Assembly (NCBI GenBank): GCA_001662655.1
Contig: KV460210.1
DNA from: Pseudogymnoascus verrucosus
Taxonomy: Eukaryota
Length of the DNA stretch: 64,000 nucleotides
Strand: one strand, 5' to 3'
In this document: positions 23,940 to 35,712 of the stretch, piece by piece
Numbering within the stretch: the stretch's first letter is position 1
How the letters are laid out: each line of letters starts with the position of its first letter
Position numbers and translations under genes: made by a program
Notes under the pieces: model-generated
Told to the model about the DNA's origin: nothing
Seen by the model: the letters and a program-made list of their open reading frames with translations, nothing else
Databases searched by the model: none

Positions 23940-24559
23940 TTATCGCCAGACACCAGCCCTCTTCATTACCTCTGCAAATTCTTCCCTCCCCACTCCCTTG
24001 GAGAGTCCCGATCCTCCATTTGCTTCCAGGATCATGTCCTTCAAGAGGTCTTCACTGACATCCTCCTTCAGCATCGCCGCAGTCCGCTTCAAATGAGCCA
24101 TGGTAATGGGTCCATCCGTCCCGTTCGTGAAAAGTAGGTATCCTTGTTCCACCTCCTCATCCTTTGCACTGGTGTCATTGTCCTTCGCCCTCATCTTCAG
24201 TGCACAGATAGCCACAAACGAGCTATACGGCGCATACCCCTCAGAGTCCGGGTCTAGAATCTCAAGAAACTCAGCCAACTCCGGTTTCGTCGGCTGGACT
24301 CCAAGGGCAATCATGGCCTTCTTGACATCCTGCGTTGGTATCACACCCTCCTTTTCGCCTTTTTGCGGAACTGAGAATAGGGAAAAGGCCTCCTTTATTT
24401 CGTTTTCTTCGTGTCCGCTGATGTTGTGTTCTTTGGCCAGCTTCGACTGGCGGGGTTTTGAGGGAGCGGAAGGCTCACCACCTGATGGCGCGCGACGTTT
24501 CGCAGGCTGTTCAATCTGTTAGTGGAAGTAATGTCGAGGTTTTAAATCAAGCGTACCAT
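23940..24559 (-). CDS. Centrin/calmodulin-like protein with degenerate EF hands
   Basis: ATG-only first coding exon (24559-24557) and intron 24556-24507, then PAKRR...EIKEAFSLF...VKKAMIALG...LDPDSEG...LKDMILEAN...EEFAEVMKRAGVWR. Confidence 0.82.
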
Positions 24560-25400
24560 TGTGAGGTCCTTCGCACCTCAGCGAGGCGTCGACGACAGTG
24601 GGGTTGGCTGTTTGCATTAGCTTTTGTGACGCAACTACGATGGAGGAAAAGCGCGACGCGACGCTACCGAGAGTCGTTAAGAAGCCTAAAGAAGGCACTC
24701 GGGTTCTCTAGTCAGAGCCAAAAGTTTAGGCAACTACATCAGAATAGCTTCACAAGTACATGATATATTCTAATATCTAGAAAACTTGTAATTGCGACTG
24801 GTTCTTACGAATTCCTGTACTCATTTCGAGCTCCTTCAAGATCCAGAGCACACGTGTAGCCTCGTGCCCCGCCAGGCGCTAATGCAAGCACTACGCACTA
24901 GTGCGTCGGCTGCAAATAAAAGGAAAGTTCTCCAGAGAGGAAAGCTTTCTCTTCATCGAAACTCGCATACTCGAGATGCCCGTGTAGAGATCTTGCAACG
25001 AGAATCTATACATGGTAGGCAAAGTATACTGATACTGCAATTTCTTATTTCCTTTCGTTTGTCGCCCTTTGGGCAACCAATACGCTTCTTCATTATAAGC
25101 TAGAGCCCGCCGCCTCCATTCCCAGAGCGAGCGAGTGTGGACACTGAAGCAATAGTGATAGCTAGATCGTGCCAATCTACTTTCCTCATCTCTTGAGGAT
25201 CGTGTTCGGTGCCTTTTAGCGATATTCTCAATGCAAAACAATACAATTGCTTTTAAACATATCTGATCCAAAATACCTTGAACTCGTGAAGCAACCAATG
25301 CACCACCGTGATAGTAGAGTCCTGATTATAAGTAGGATGTGAAGAATGCGTTGAGCATTGGGGCAAAAGCCGGGTATCTTTAATATAAGGAAGCGTTCTA

Positions 25401-26374
25401 TCATACAGTTCCAATGGGCTTTGGAGTCCAAGGCCCTTCCCAAAGCTTCCAGCCCAGATTTTCCTCGTCTTCACAAAGTCCGCTCGAAGTTTGCTGTACC
25501 GCGTTAGAATCCGTACATGCCGCATCGCCTTGGCCGTTGCCCGCATTACTATCCTCTTCTTCCACTGGGGGAAATGCCTCCGGGTCGGCCGTGCCGTGTA
25601 ATATTCCCCTCGTGAGTCGGATCGATTTCAGCATCATGCCGGAATCCGCAGCACCAGGTGCCCTGAGCTCATGGAGAGTATCTAGTATCTTTTCGACGTC
25701 CCATTTCCTCAGCCTCCGCACGAAGGACAGTCGTTGGCCTTCATCTGAACTCCCTGTGCCCTCCTTCCATACCATATACTCCTGTAAAACAGTACTCAAA
25801 TCCTCGACGCTTTCTGGTTCTTCGTCCGATCCTGACGATTTATCTTTACCTTCCAGGCTCGACCAATATTGCCTCCATATCCAATCCAGAGATCGCTCGC
25901 ACGCACCACGCAACTTTCCCAAAGATGGCAGTTCTTCGTGCGTACACTGATGCCGCAACTCCACAAACGTCGCCGGGAGTCCGATATTCTTGGCTATTGA
26001 AAACATGCTTAGTTTGTGTTTCTTATCTTGGTATCCGTCGAGAAGCCCGGTAACGAAGCTGCGTACAATTAGCCATAGTGTTCCGGCGACGTTTTTGCGC
26101 CAACTCACCGACAGAACGCCGCTGAATAGGCAGCGCGCACGGCATATGCGGAGCTGCCTGGTTTATCATTGACGCTTGCTGATATTAAGAGCGCAGTGGA
26201 CTCTATAAGGTGAGGGCAATTGCCTCGCTGTGCCCAGACAGAAACGAGGGCTACGGCATTTTGCCAGGCTTCCTTGTCGGGTGAGCCTCCGTTGGAGGGC
26301 TTCTGGTAGAAGGCTTGCCGTACTTTTATGAGCTCATCGCGGTCGCGCCATGGGGTAATGATATATTGTACCAT
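25401..26374 (-). CDS. LAS1: Las1 HEPN endoribonuclease (pre-rRNA ITS2 cleavage)
   Basis: Intron 26108-26059. Motifs [30 protein letters not shown] and HEPN RxxxxH in [14 protein letters not shown]-terminal [14 protein letters not shown]. Confidence 0.92.
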
Positions 26375-26830
26375 GCCGCTGAGTAGTTGTGCTCTGGGAG
26401 ATGGAGTTGAATCCTGTTGAAGCCAGTAATGGTCTGGAATTATAGATTTTCAGCCTTGTTCAGCCTCGCCGGTGAAGAACGACGAAGGCAAAACAGACCA
26501 CGTAGAAGCCAACAAATGTAACCTTATTTTCCTAATTAATTTCGCAATTTTTATAAATGGGTTATTTTTGGGGGTTTTATATTCAAAAATTGGTGACGAT
26601 AAAACGGGGTTTAATGGCTACATTCCACGTTCGAGCGGATTGACAAATATTATTTTACGTACTTTCCGAATGTATATTCGTCGAGAGTATTAGTTAGCAT
26701 ATATTTTAATTTCAAAATTGTCTAATGTCAAAGAGCATTATTTGCCATCGTGATATTCTTCTCGATATGGTATAATTTTATCCCACCAACGCCATACTCC
26801 GAAATCATCCCAGAACATATCTCGTTGCGA

Positions 26831-27448
26831 TCATAATTCTTCCTCCTCCTCTTCCGCTACAACTGCATCAACTGTGGCAGAAGCCGACGGCGCAGCTTCT
26901 AAATCCATTTTAACGTCGCCGATGTCAGTAGGAGTGGCGGTAGCCTCCTCCTCAACCTCGTCGTCGCCAGATTCGTCAACCCAGTCACCGCCCTGTTCGC
27001 GCTCAATTGCAATCGCGGCCTCCATTTCCTTCCTGGCCAGCATCCTGCGGTTCTGCTCGTCCCAAGTTTTGCTCCTGCTCTGTATAGTCCTGGCACGATC
27101 CTTGCTCTTCTCAATCTTGGTTGACTTCTTGTCCATTGCCGCCTCAGCTCTGTCCATCGAGATTTCTTGTCTCCGCTTGGCCCTCGCGCTCAACACTGCT
27201 TTTCTGCCATGCTTGGACTTCTTGGTAATGCCGGCACCGTGATGGATACCTAGCACTGCAGGTGTTTTTGTCTCGGATGGTGGTTTGGCTTCTTTGAGCG
27301 ACTTATCGGTATCGATACTGGGCGAAGATGCTCGCTTTGCTGCTCGAGAGCGCACGGAGGCAACTAAAAATATTAGCTTCAAATGTCATTACAAGAGTAA
27401 ACAGAAGCACATACCGCTCTTCTTTTTTGGTGGAGCTGACTTGGCCAT
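26831..27448 (-). CDS. ALB1: Alb1/Ecm1-family pre-60S ribosome biogenesis factor
   Basis: Short first exon MAKSAPPKR, then SVRSRAAKRASSPS...LSARAKRRQE...RAEA...IEKSKDRARTIQSRSKTWDEQN and an acidic tail. Confidence 0.78.
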
Positions 27449-27758
27449 ATTTTAAAAAATTCGTTGTTGATTTTATTCAGTGGATGTTTGTTCCCCCACT
27501 TCGTTCTGTCGTTATCAAAATTATTTTGGTGTTGCAGATTGCCGATAGACGCTAGGGCGATCTGGAATGCCATCCAACTCTAATCCATCCACTTGACCTC
27601 GAGACATCCCATCTTCCCCACATCCTCTCTATGCATTCACGATAGCAACATTAGGCCCTAGAGAAGGCCACACATTCAGATCCAGCTTTGGATAGTGGGC
27701 AAGAGAACTATATTTATCACGCGAATACCGAGCAGAAAGCCCATATGCATTACTTACG

Positions 27759-30008
27759 ATGAGTCGCCACGAGAAAGTGCTTCGCGACTTATATGGTGAT
27801 GACCTGAGCTACGAATACCACCAAGACTACCACGGCGACGAATCCCAGTGGCGGACATATTTGAATATCGGAATACCCATAATAATCCTTATCGGCGCTA
27901 TCATATACAGCACACTCTATAGCTTGGACTACAACCTTCTGTCTCTGCCGGAACTGTTCTGGAACTGGATTGTCCACTTCACACCTTCGAGGCTCGTCGA
28001 TATCCTTGACAAAGAGACTCGCTCAAATCTAGCTGGCGGAAACCCTCGACGTGTCCCTAGGACCCATGCGGCAAAGAGCGAAATCATGCGACGAGCTATG
28101 GGACTAGACGGACAGAACAGTATCCTTGGGACGGTGGGGACGGTGGCGCAAGCTGGCCGACGAAGGCTATCAAGCCTATCCGGGATAAACTTAGTCGCAC
28201 AAGGGCAGGGGGGAATCCCGGCAGGCCTAGGGAACTGGGATAACTCTTGCTACCAGAATAGCGTTCTCCAAGGGCTGGCGTCGCTGGATTCGTTCTCGAG
28301 TTACCTCAACGGCCCCGGTTCCCAAAAGGACGAAACTAAGGATGATTCGGAAATGAAAATGGCAGACTCGTTACGCGACCTCATTGCCCGACTGAAGGAC
28401 CCCTCCAATAACGGGAAGCGGATATGGACGCCAGCAGCTCTGAAGTCTATGAGCAGTTGGCAACAGCAAGACGCGCAGGAGTACTTCTCCAAGGTCCTTG
28501 ATGAGATTGACAAAGAGATAGAGAAGGCTGTGGGACAAATCAGCAACTCTCCTGGGCTGACGACCAAAGATCAGCCAGAACCGGTGGCAAAGGTGAAGAA
28601 ATCTTCACCTTCTGAATTGATGCCAACCTCGACCGTCAGAAATCCCTTGGAGGGCCTTCTCGCTCAACGGGTCGGCTGTACTCGTTGTGGTTATTCGGAA
28701 GGCCTATCTATGATCCCCTTTAACTGCCTTACGGTGCCGTTGGGCAAGTCCTGGAGCTACGATATATCTCAATGCCTGGACGAGTACACGGACCTGGAGT
28801 CGATAGAAGGTGTTCAGTGCGGAAAGTGCACACTTCTGAAGACAGAACGTTTGTTGAAAATGCTCGCCGACAAGGAGCAGGATTTGTCTACAAACAACGT
28901 AGGACACCAGTCGGTATTGGAACGGTTAAGGGTTGTGGAAGAGGCACTCGAAGATGATGACTACGAGGATAAGACGTTGACGCAAAAGTGCAAAATCCCG
29001 CCCAAGAACCGCATGACTACAACGAAGTCGCGGCAAGCCGTTATTGCCAGACCACCGAAGTCACTAGTTATACACGTCAATCGCAGCATGTTCGACGAGA
29101 CGACTGGAGAGCTTAAGAAGAACTACGCCGAGGTCAAGTTCCAGAACAGGCTTGATCTTGGGCCTTGGTGTCTTGGGAGCAGTGGCAAAGCGCCAGATGA
29201 CAGTGTCGAAGAATGGCTTCTTGACCCGGCTGAGTCAATGATTGCCAGTCGGCGCAGACGTTCTAGGATCCGCGGTCCTAGTTATGAGTTGCGCGCTGTC
29301 GTTACGCACTACGGCCGTCATGAAAATGGCCACTATATTGCGTATAGAAAGCATCCAGCCGCAGAAGACGCGAAGGAAGAGGTCGATGAGATACTTGTAA
29401 AGGAGAAAACCCCGGGGAGAAGCCAGTGGTGGCGGCTCAGTGACGACGACGTTTCGCAAGTAAGCGAAGATAATGTCCTCAACCAAGGTGGTGTCTTCAT
29501 GCTCTTCTACGACCTTGTCGAAGGGTCATCATTGGTGGTTACAAAATCCGACTCCTCGCCCACCGTTGAAGAATCTACTCAGCCTTCTCAATTCATGTCC
29601 TTCATAAACTCACACCACCCCGAATTTCTTACCAAAGGCACTACCAGCAACCAAGAAGTGACCGAGGATTCTTCAGAAACAACTGCACAGACTGGCAACC
29701 AAGTAGTGACCGAGAGCGTTCCGGAATCAATCTCGCTGCCAGACGACCAGGTAGTGGCCGAGAGTGCACCAGAAATAATTGCACAGCCAGACAACGAAGT
29801 TGCTGCTGACGACGAAAAGGCTTCAGAAAAGGCTTCAGACGATGCTTCTGAAGAAGCATCGGAAGTGGATGCTGACGAAGCAGCGGATTATGAGCCGGTT
29901 GAGCCTATACATATCAAGCCGTATGTAAGGCAAGCGGGACGACAGCACGACGATGGTAGGAGGAAATCCAGTGTACAGGGCTCATCGGGGGGCATGGTTA
30001 TGGTTTAG
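27759..30008 (+). CDS. Ubiquitin-specific protease (C19) with N-terminal transmembrane segment (Ubp1/Ubp16/USP30-like)
   Basis: Cys box GLGNWDNSCYQNSVLQGL, QQDAQEYF, His box VVTHYGRHENGHY and WWRLSDD; hydrophobic IGIPIIILIGAIIY near the N-terminus. Confidence 0.92.
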   Translation: MSRHEKVLRDLYGDDLSYEYHQDYHGDESQWRTYLNIGIPIIILIGAIIYSTLYSLDYNLLSLPELFWNWIVHFTPSRLVDILDKETRSNLAGGNPRRVPRTHAAKSEIMRRAMGLDGQNSILGTVGTVAQAGRRRLSSLSGINLVAQGQGGIPAGLGNWDNSCYQNSVLQGLASLDSFSSYLNGPGSQKDETKDDSEMKMADSLRDLIARLKDPSNNGKRIWTPAALKSMSSWQQQDAQEYFSKVLDEIDKEIEKAVGQISNSPGLTTKDQPEPVAKVKKSSPSELMPTSTVRNPLEGLLAQRVGCTRCGYSEGLSMIPFNCLTVPLGKSWSYDISQCLDEYTDLESIEGVQCGKCTLLKTERLLKMLADKEQDLSTNNVGHQSVLERLRVVEEALEDDDYEDKTLTQKCKIPPKNRMTTTKSRQAVIARPPKSLVIHVNRSMFDETTGELKKNYAEVKFQNRLDLGPWCLGSSGKAPDDSVEEWLLDPAESMIASRRRRSRIRGPSYELRAVVTHYGRHENGHYIAYRKHPAAEDAKEEVDEILVKEKTPGRSQWWRLSDDDVSQVSEDNVLNQGGVFMLFYDLVEGSSLVVTKSDSSPTVEESTQPSQFMSFINSHHPEFLTKGTTSNQEVTEDSSETTAQTGNQVVTESVPESISLPDDQVVAESAPEIIAQPDNEVAADDEKASEKASDDASEEASEVDADEAADYEPVEPIHIKPYVRQAGRQHDDGRRKSSVQGSSGGMVMV

Positions 30009-30266
30009 GTATTACAGTACATTCCAGGATATCGGCGGGTTTTTGGTTTCTGTACGGTTGCATAGCGCGGCGTTTGGGTTTTCACCCTGGAGGAGTATCA
30101 AAATTGGTTCACACTGGGGTTAGGGCACTATACACCTTCTAGCGGACGTCTTGTTATTAAACATTAGGTTCTAGTCTTACAATGACAGCCTTGAAGTATT
30201 TAATACAAACACCGGCACTATTCGTAATTCATCGGCCGCGATTCAAGCGGCATTACACATCTCCCC

Positions 30267-32434
30267 TCAGTATCTGCGAGATGACCTCCTGTCATCTCTA
30301 TCCCGATCCCTACTCCGGCTGCGACTCCTATATCTCCTCGTAGAATCACGATCGCGGCTCCGGCTTCGATCCCTTCTAACTTCCTTCCTCCTGTCGCGGC
30401 TGCGGCTTCTGCTTCGACTCCGAGCTCTCTCCTTCTCGCGCCCAGCATCTCGACTCCTCTCCCTGCGGTGAGTGCGGCTACGGCTCCGTGACCTCGACCG
30501 CCGGCGGCTAGAATCGCGATGTCGGCGCGAGTCCCTGTCCTTTTCACGATCAGCATCGCGGAGAGTGCTTGTCTCGCGCTTGATCACAGGACTTCTGCTT
30601 GAGACGACAGCTGGGCTTCTATCACGCCTGACGCTTGATGCTCGCGACGGGCTTCTGGCGCTCGACTCTCTCTTCCTTGGGAGGCTCGAAGAACCTAAGC
30701 CTGCCGAGTCTGCATCTCGTTTGCGAGAATCCGGAAACTCGTCACGACTACGCCAATTTGGCCGTGTGAACGCATCCGACTTGGGCTTGTCGAGTCCAGG
30801 AATCGGGAGGCCCTTTTCTCTGGCTTCCTGCTGAGCCGCTAGGTAGGCTTTGGCTTCGAGCTCACGCTGCTTAACGGCTTCCTGTTTCTTTTCCTCTGCG
30901 GTCTTGAAATCACGTCGTGGTGGGGTTCGGCTCCGATAGCGACTATCCCTGCCCAAGTCACGATCCCTATAGCTTCTTCGATCATCACGGGGATCGCGAG
31001 ATATATCTCGATCACGACGCGAATCTCGGTCCCTATGGTCCCTAGAACTCCGTTCCCTGCTGTCACGCCTTCGTCGGTCCTCAGTGTCTCGACTGTCGCG
31101 TCGGCGTCGATCATCACGGTCTCTACTATCCCGCCTCGAAGATCTATCCTTATCTCTGGCATCCGCCCTATCTCTGCTCCTATTTCGGTGGTCATCACGA
31201 TCTCTGCTGCTGCGTCGAGAGTAGCCACCCCTGTCTCGACTATCGCGGCGAGAGTGGATAGGATCCCTGCTTCGACTTCTTGCTCGTGCTCGTTTGTCCT
31301 TGCCATCTACATCCATCTCATCCGCGGCATGTGATAAACTTTTGGTGGCGCCGCCAGAACTTGGCTTTGTACTGGCCTCTTTCTTGGTTTGCGCATCGCG
31401 GGATATTGGTTTGATGGCGGAAGCGGGCATGGCCTTCCTCGGGGGAGGGGCCAAGGTTTCATCCACTTCAGGCTCCAGCTGATGTCTGGATCGTTGCGAT
31501 GTTCGTTTCCCCTCCTTCACAAGCATGGCAAGTGCTTCCTGCTCGAGCCGGTCGGTTTCTTCGCGTGACAGGTTAGCCTTTGCGGTAGGCTTGCGCTCAT
31601 CTCTTGAATCATCTATCCGTTTCCTGCGCCCTCCGTCACGAGATCTGTCGCGACTATAATCACCGCTTCTGAGGCGGTCCCGCTCTCGGTCTGATTCACG
31701 TTCAAGCTTGCGCCTTGCCTCGCGCTCCTCTCGTCGCTTGTCTTCTTCGGCCTCTCTCTTGCGTTCTTCTTCCCTCTTTCGCGCCTTTTCGATTTTCCTC
31801 CGCTCTTCTGCGATGGCCCGTTCCTTCTCTCGCAGCTCCTCTCTCAGTTTTTCGCGTTCTTGTCGGCGGGTGGCAGCCTCTTCGGCGTATTGATCGTCCG
31901 TCTTACTGCCTCTTGCTTCCTCTTCTGCTGCGGCTTCTTCACCAACATCGTCACGTCGAATTGCCCGTATCCCTTCTTCAATCGTTCCCACATGATCTTC
32001 AAGCAGTCTCTTGATATGCGCCTCAGCCTCCTGGTATATCCCACTGCGATCAATGACACCCTCTATGAGAATAGCTGCTTTGCCACGACTGCTTGACAGA
32101 AGACTCTGGTTCACCTCCAACTCATTCTCCGCGACCTTTGTAATCGAGTCGATTAACTTTGTTTCAAAGTCCTGGACAAAAGAACATTTATCAGTATTAA
32201 GTTTCATCCACGGAGTGAAGTTATGCTCACGCTCGTTTGGAGAGTCTCCCAGACTTGCTTTCTAAGTGCATCATAGTTTCCCTTCTTCTTGAAAGTATGT
32301 GAAAGCGACTCAATAGCACTTCTCGTGGATGAGGAGAGTGGGAGTTCAGAAGTCTTTATCTTCTTTCTTGGACGCTCAGGAACGGAAGTGTCGGCCTTTG
32401 TCGGGGGTATTACATCGATATCCATGACAGCCAT
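30267..32434 (-). CDS. BOD1/Shg1-like N-terminal domain protein with coiled coil and long RS/RD-rich C-terminus
   Basis: Intron 32230-32172. TFKKKGNYDALRKQVWE...SRGKAAILIEGVIDRSGIY resembles the BOD1/Shg1 domain; extensive RSRSR and RDRD dipeptide tracts follow. Confidence 0.72.
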
Positions 32435-32782
32435 AGTAACAAAGGGTGTAAACAATATTGATCGTCAATAAATATGTTTAATTAACCCATTCTATGTTGT
32501 ATTGTCCGCTTTCGTAAATTTGTAGGAAAGGTTGCCGGGTCGCGACAGCGGCTCTCGTCGCAGTCAAGGGTAAGTGCGCTAAATCTCGGCGATCGGCGCG
32601 TCCAAATTCAATCACCACCCCCAACGACACTCGGTTCCTCACAGTACCGGAACAGATAACCTACCCTCAATCGCCCTTTCTCGCCGGCCATTGCGGACAC
32701 AACAAAACAATATCTCCTCCAAGTTGTGAAAAGCAGCATTGAATAGACCAATACGAACATACTCGCTCATAAAACCGGCACA

Positions 32783-33120
32783 ATGGTCCACAAAGCAATC
32801 TTCTGGGGTGGTTTCGGTATGTCTCTGTGTCCGACTACGTTCAATTAACAGCCATGTCTCTGCCTTGCTGCGACTGAAAGCTAACGATATTCTTTTTAGG
32901 AATTGCCGTCCGTGCTTGGCAACTAGGCATTGAGATGCGCCCGTTCTTCTCCAAGCAATCGATGGTTGGATACCCAATCTTTGCCGGCGTTGGAGCAAGC
33001 TTCGGATACTGGTTGAGCGGAGTTGAGGAGAGACAGCACACCATTCTGGCCGCCCGGAGGACAAGCCTGCTCGAGAAGAGACAAAGGAGGGCTGAGAGGG
33101 AAGCAGCTGGGGAGCAGTAG
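32783..33120 (+). CDS. Small complex I accessory subunit (fungal '14 kDa subunit', NDUFC2/B14.5b-like)
   Basis: Intron 32817-32899 gives MVHKAIFWGGFGIAVRAWQLGIEMRPFF...YPIFAGVGASFGYWL...LLEKRQRR, with two hydrophobic segments. Confidence 0.8.
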
Positions 33121-33829
33121 TGGGAAGAGTCCAGATGGCATGTTCAGCGCCAACCACCCCAGGGAATTGGTCCATGGATATGACCATTATACGAGCATAG
33201 CTACATTTATATTCAGGGGCTATATGCTACGGGATTACAGTTGCGACGATGGGCATTGGGGTTGCTTGGGGTAGCTTGGGATTGCGGATGAACGGGAGGA
33301 GGATGTGGTCTATAGATCCTGTACACAACGGTTGCGAAAATCCAATCAAATAAACATTTAAAAATAACCAAGGCTGTACTCTAAGGATATAATTCCTGCA
33401 TTATTTGGCATATGTACGCTATAGAACCAGTGTGTGGCGAGCATATACGTCAAGCTTTATGACATCGAAGTGACTCCAGCAACGGAAAATGACAGCGGGC
33501 GCTTATCGCGGCTAACATATTGATATCTTAAGACATAGAATATTTCACCCAAAAACCAAAACCGCGACTCAATCACCCCGCGCAACGAGTTTGTATATTT
33601 ACTCAACACCATACCGCATTATCTGGAGGATTACTATTATTGAACTCTTGAAATTGACCCCTTACGACCGAATATACGCCAATCCATCATTGTGGGACAG
33701 TGTGATTCATAAACTATCCAGTCACAGGGCACGAGCGCGCAACATACTTAGATTGACTACAGTCATTCAATAGCGTACATAAAACCACTCAAATCGACAT
33801 CTATCCTCTCGAGGAAAACAAGGACTGCC

Positions 33830-35350
33830 ATGCAGTCCACAACTGCATCTGCGGACCTCCCTGTCCGGGAGAAGGCGTCCGTTCCAGCCCCAACGAGTGT
33901 CGACAACGCGAATGCCAATGGTGCACCTCCCACTGCGGCCGCGACAACTGCGCCATCGGGAGATGGAGCTGTGAAGTTGACAGCCTTGGAATTGAAAGCA
34001 CAAAAGAAGGCAGAAAAGGCCGCAAAACGACAACAGGTGATACAGAACAGACAAGGAGGGGCAGCACCAGGTGCGCCAGCTGGGCCAGCGGGAGCTATCC
34101 TGTCGCCTCAAGGAAATAAGGCTGCACCAAAGGGAGGGAAGGAGTCTGGCAAAGGGCAGCACAAGCGTGCTGCGTCAACTGCTGGGGACTCGAAGAACGC
34201 ACCAGCTCGATCTCAACAACAGAATAATGCGCCGGTGGAACCTCCTGTGGAAGACAAGACCGTTGAACTGTTCCGTCACTTATACAAGCCGAGGGCGAAG
34301 ACAATCGCTGGAGCAAAGGATGTTCACCCGGCAGTCTTATCTCTTGGGCAGCAAATGAGCAACTATGTTATTTGCGGCAGCAATGCTCGCCTTGTCGCAA
34401 CATTACGGGCATTCAAGAGAGTTCGTATATACAAATCCCCTCTTTTTCGATCTTTGCTAATATTCTTACAGGTTATCAATTCATACACAACCCCTCCTGG
34501 AACCACCCTGACACGGCACATGAGCACACACGTTCTGTCTCCACAAATCGAATACCTGACCTCATGTCGCCCTATGTCAATTTCCATGGGAACAGCAATT
34601 CGCTGGCTCAAGCTTAAGATCGCAAAGGTCGACCCTGATGAGCCGGATGCGGAAGCCAAGGAGTCACTGTGCGCGGATATCGACGAGTATATCCGTGACC
34701 GTGTTACGCTCGCAGATGCTGTCATCGCCAAGAGCGCATCCAACCAATGCATCAAGGATGGAGATGTTATTCTCACATACGCCAAGAGCAGCGTTGTTCA
34801 ACAGGCACTGGTACAGGCGCATAGCGATGGCCGTAGGTTTAGGGTGATTGTTGTTGACTCACGGCCATTATTCGAAGGCAAGGCACTCGCAAAGGCCCTC
34901 ATTAACTTTGGTCTGGACGTCAAGTACTGCCTTATGAACGGCGTCAGCCATGTCATGAAAGAGGTCACCAAAGTCCTCCTGGGTGCACATGCCATGATGA
35001 GTAACGGTGTGCTCTACAGTCGGATTGGCACATCTCAAATCGCTATGGAAGCAAAGGACTACGACGTTCCGGTTATTGTGCTCTGTGAGAGCGTCAAATG
35101 TACCGAGAGGGTTGCCTTGGACTCGATCGTTTTCAACGAGGTGGCAGACCCAGACGAACTACTTATCCCCTCAACAAAGCCTCCGGCGGGAATGTTACAT
35201 GGATGGAGAGACGTGAAGAATCTGCAGCTGCTCAATCTACTGCACGATGTGACGCCTGCAGACTATATCACCATGATTGTTACGGAGTTAGGCATTGTAC
35301 CCCCAAGTTCAGTGCCAGTCTTGCAACGTCTTGCCAACGAGGGACAGTGA
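33830..35350 (+). CDS. GCD2: Translation initiation factor eIF2B delta subunit
   Basis: Motifs VHPAVLSLG, ICGSNAR, CRPMSISMGTAIRWLK, VIVVDSRPLFEG, LLGAHAMMSNG and HDVTPADYITMIVTELG; in-frame intron 34421-34471. Confidence 0.94.
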   Translation: MQSTTASADLPVREKASVPAPTSVDNANANGAPPTAAATTAPSGDGAVKLTALELKAQKKAEKAAKRQQVIQNRQGGAAPGAPAGPAGAILSPQGNKAAPKGGKESGKGQHKRAASTAGDSKNAPARSQQQNNAPVEPPVEDKTVELFRHLYKPRAKTIAGAKDVHPAVLSLGQQMSNYVICGSNARLVATLRAFKRVRIYKSPLFRSLLIFLQVINSYTTPPGTTLTRHMSTHVLSPQIEYLTSCRPMSISMGTAIRWLKLKIAKVDPDEPDAEAKESLCADIDEYIRDRVTLADAVIAKSASNQCIKDGDVILTYAKSSVVQQALVQAHSDGRRFRVIVVDSRPLFEGKALAKALINFGLDVKYCLMNGVSHVMKEVTKVLLGAHAMMSNGVLYSRIGTSQIAMEAKDYDVPVIVLCESVKCTERVALDSIVFNEVADPDELLIPSTKPPAGMLHGWRDVKNLQLLNLLHDVTPADYITMIVTELGIVPPSSVPVLQRLANEGQ

Positions 35351-35712
35351 GAAAATGGACTTTGGTTACGCGGGTTGGTTTCGTCTGTACGATACGGCGA
35401 TTGGGATAGTATTTGCCAGGACGTCCGACAAAACCTCCGCGTCTGCGGAAGCATTTGGAGAAGGCTTGCCTCCTCGCTTGGATTAATGGGGAGCTACATC
35501 TCAAATGGATTGAATATACTCCTTTCCATATGATAGGACGTGCGGTGATTAGTGCGGATATTTAGAATCTGGCAAAAGGGCAAAGGGGGCACGTGATGAT
35601 AACGATAGATTACCAATGCCGTCCGGAGTTAATGACGTCCCAATGGCGAGCTTCGCTCCAAGAGTAAATAGAAAGTTCCACAAGCAATAACTTACAACCT
35701 CACACTCCCCTC

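Noticed and set aside
24792..25400. Short ORFs between the centrin-like gene and LAS1
   Set aside because: No recognisable domain or coherent splice pattern; probably UTR and promoter sequence.
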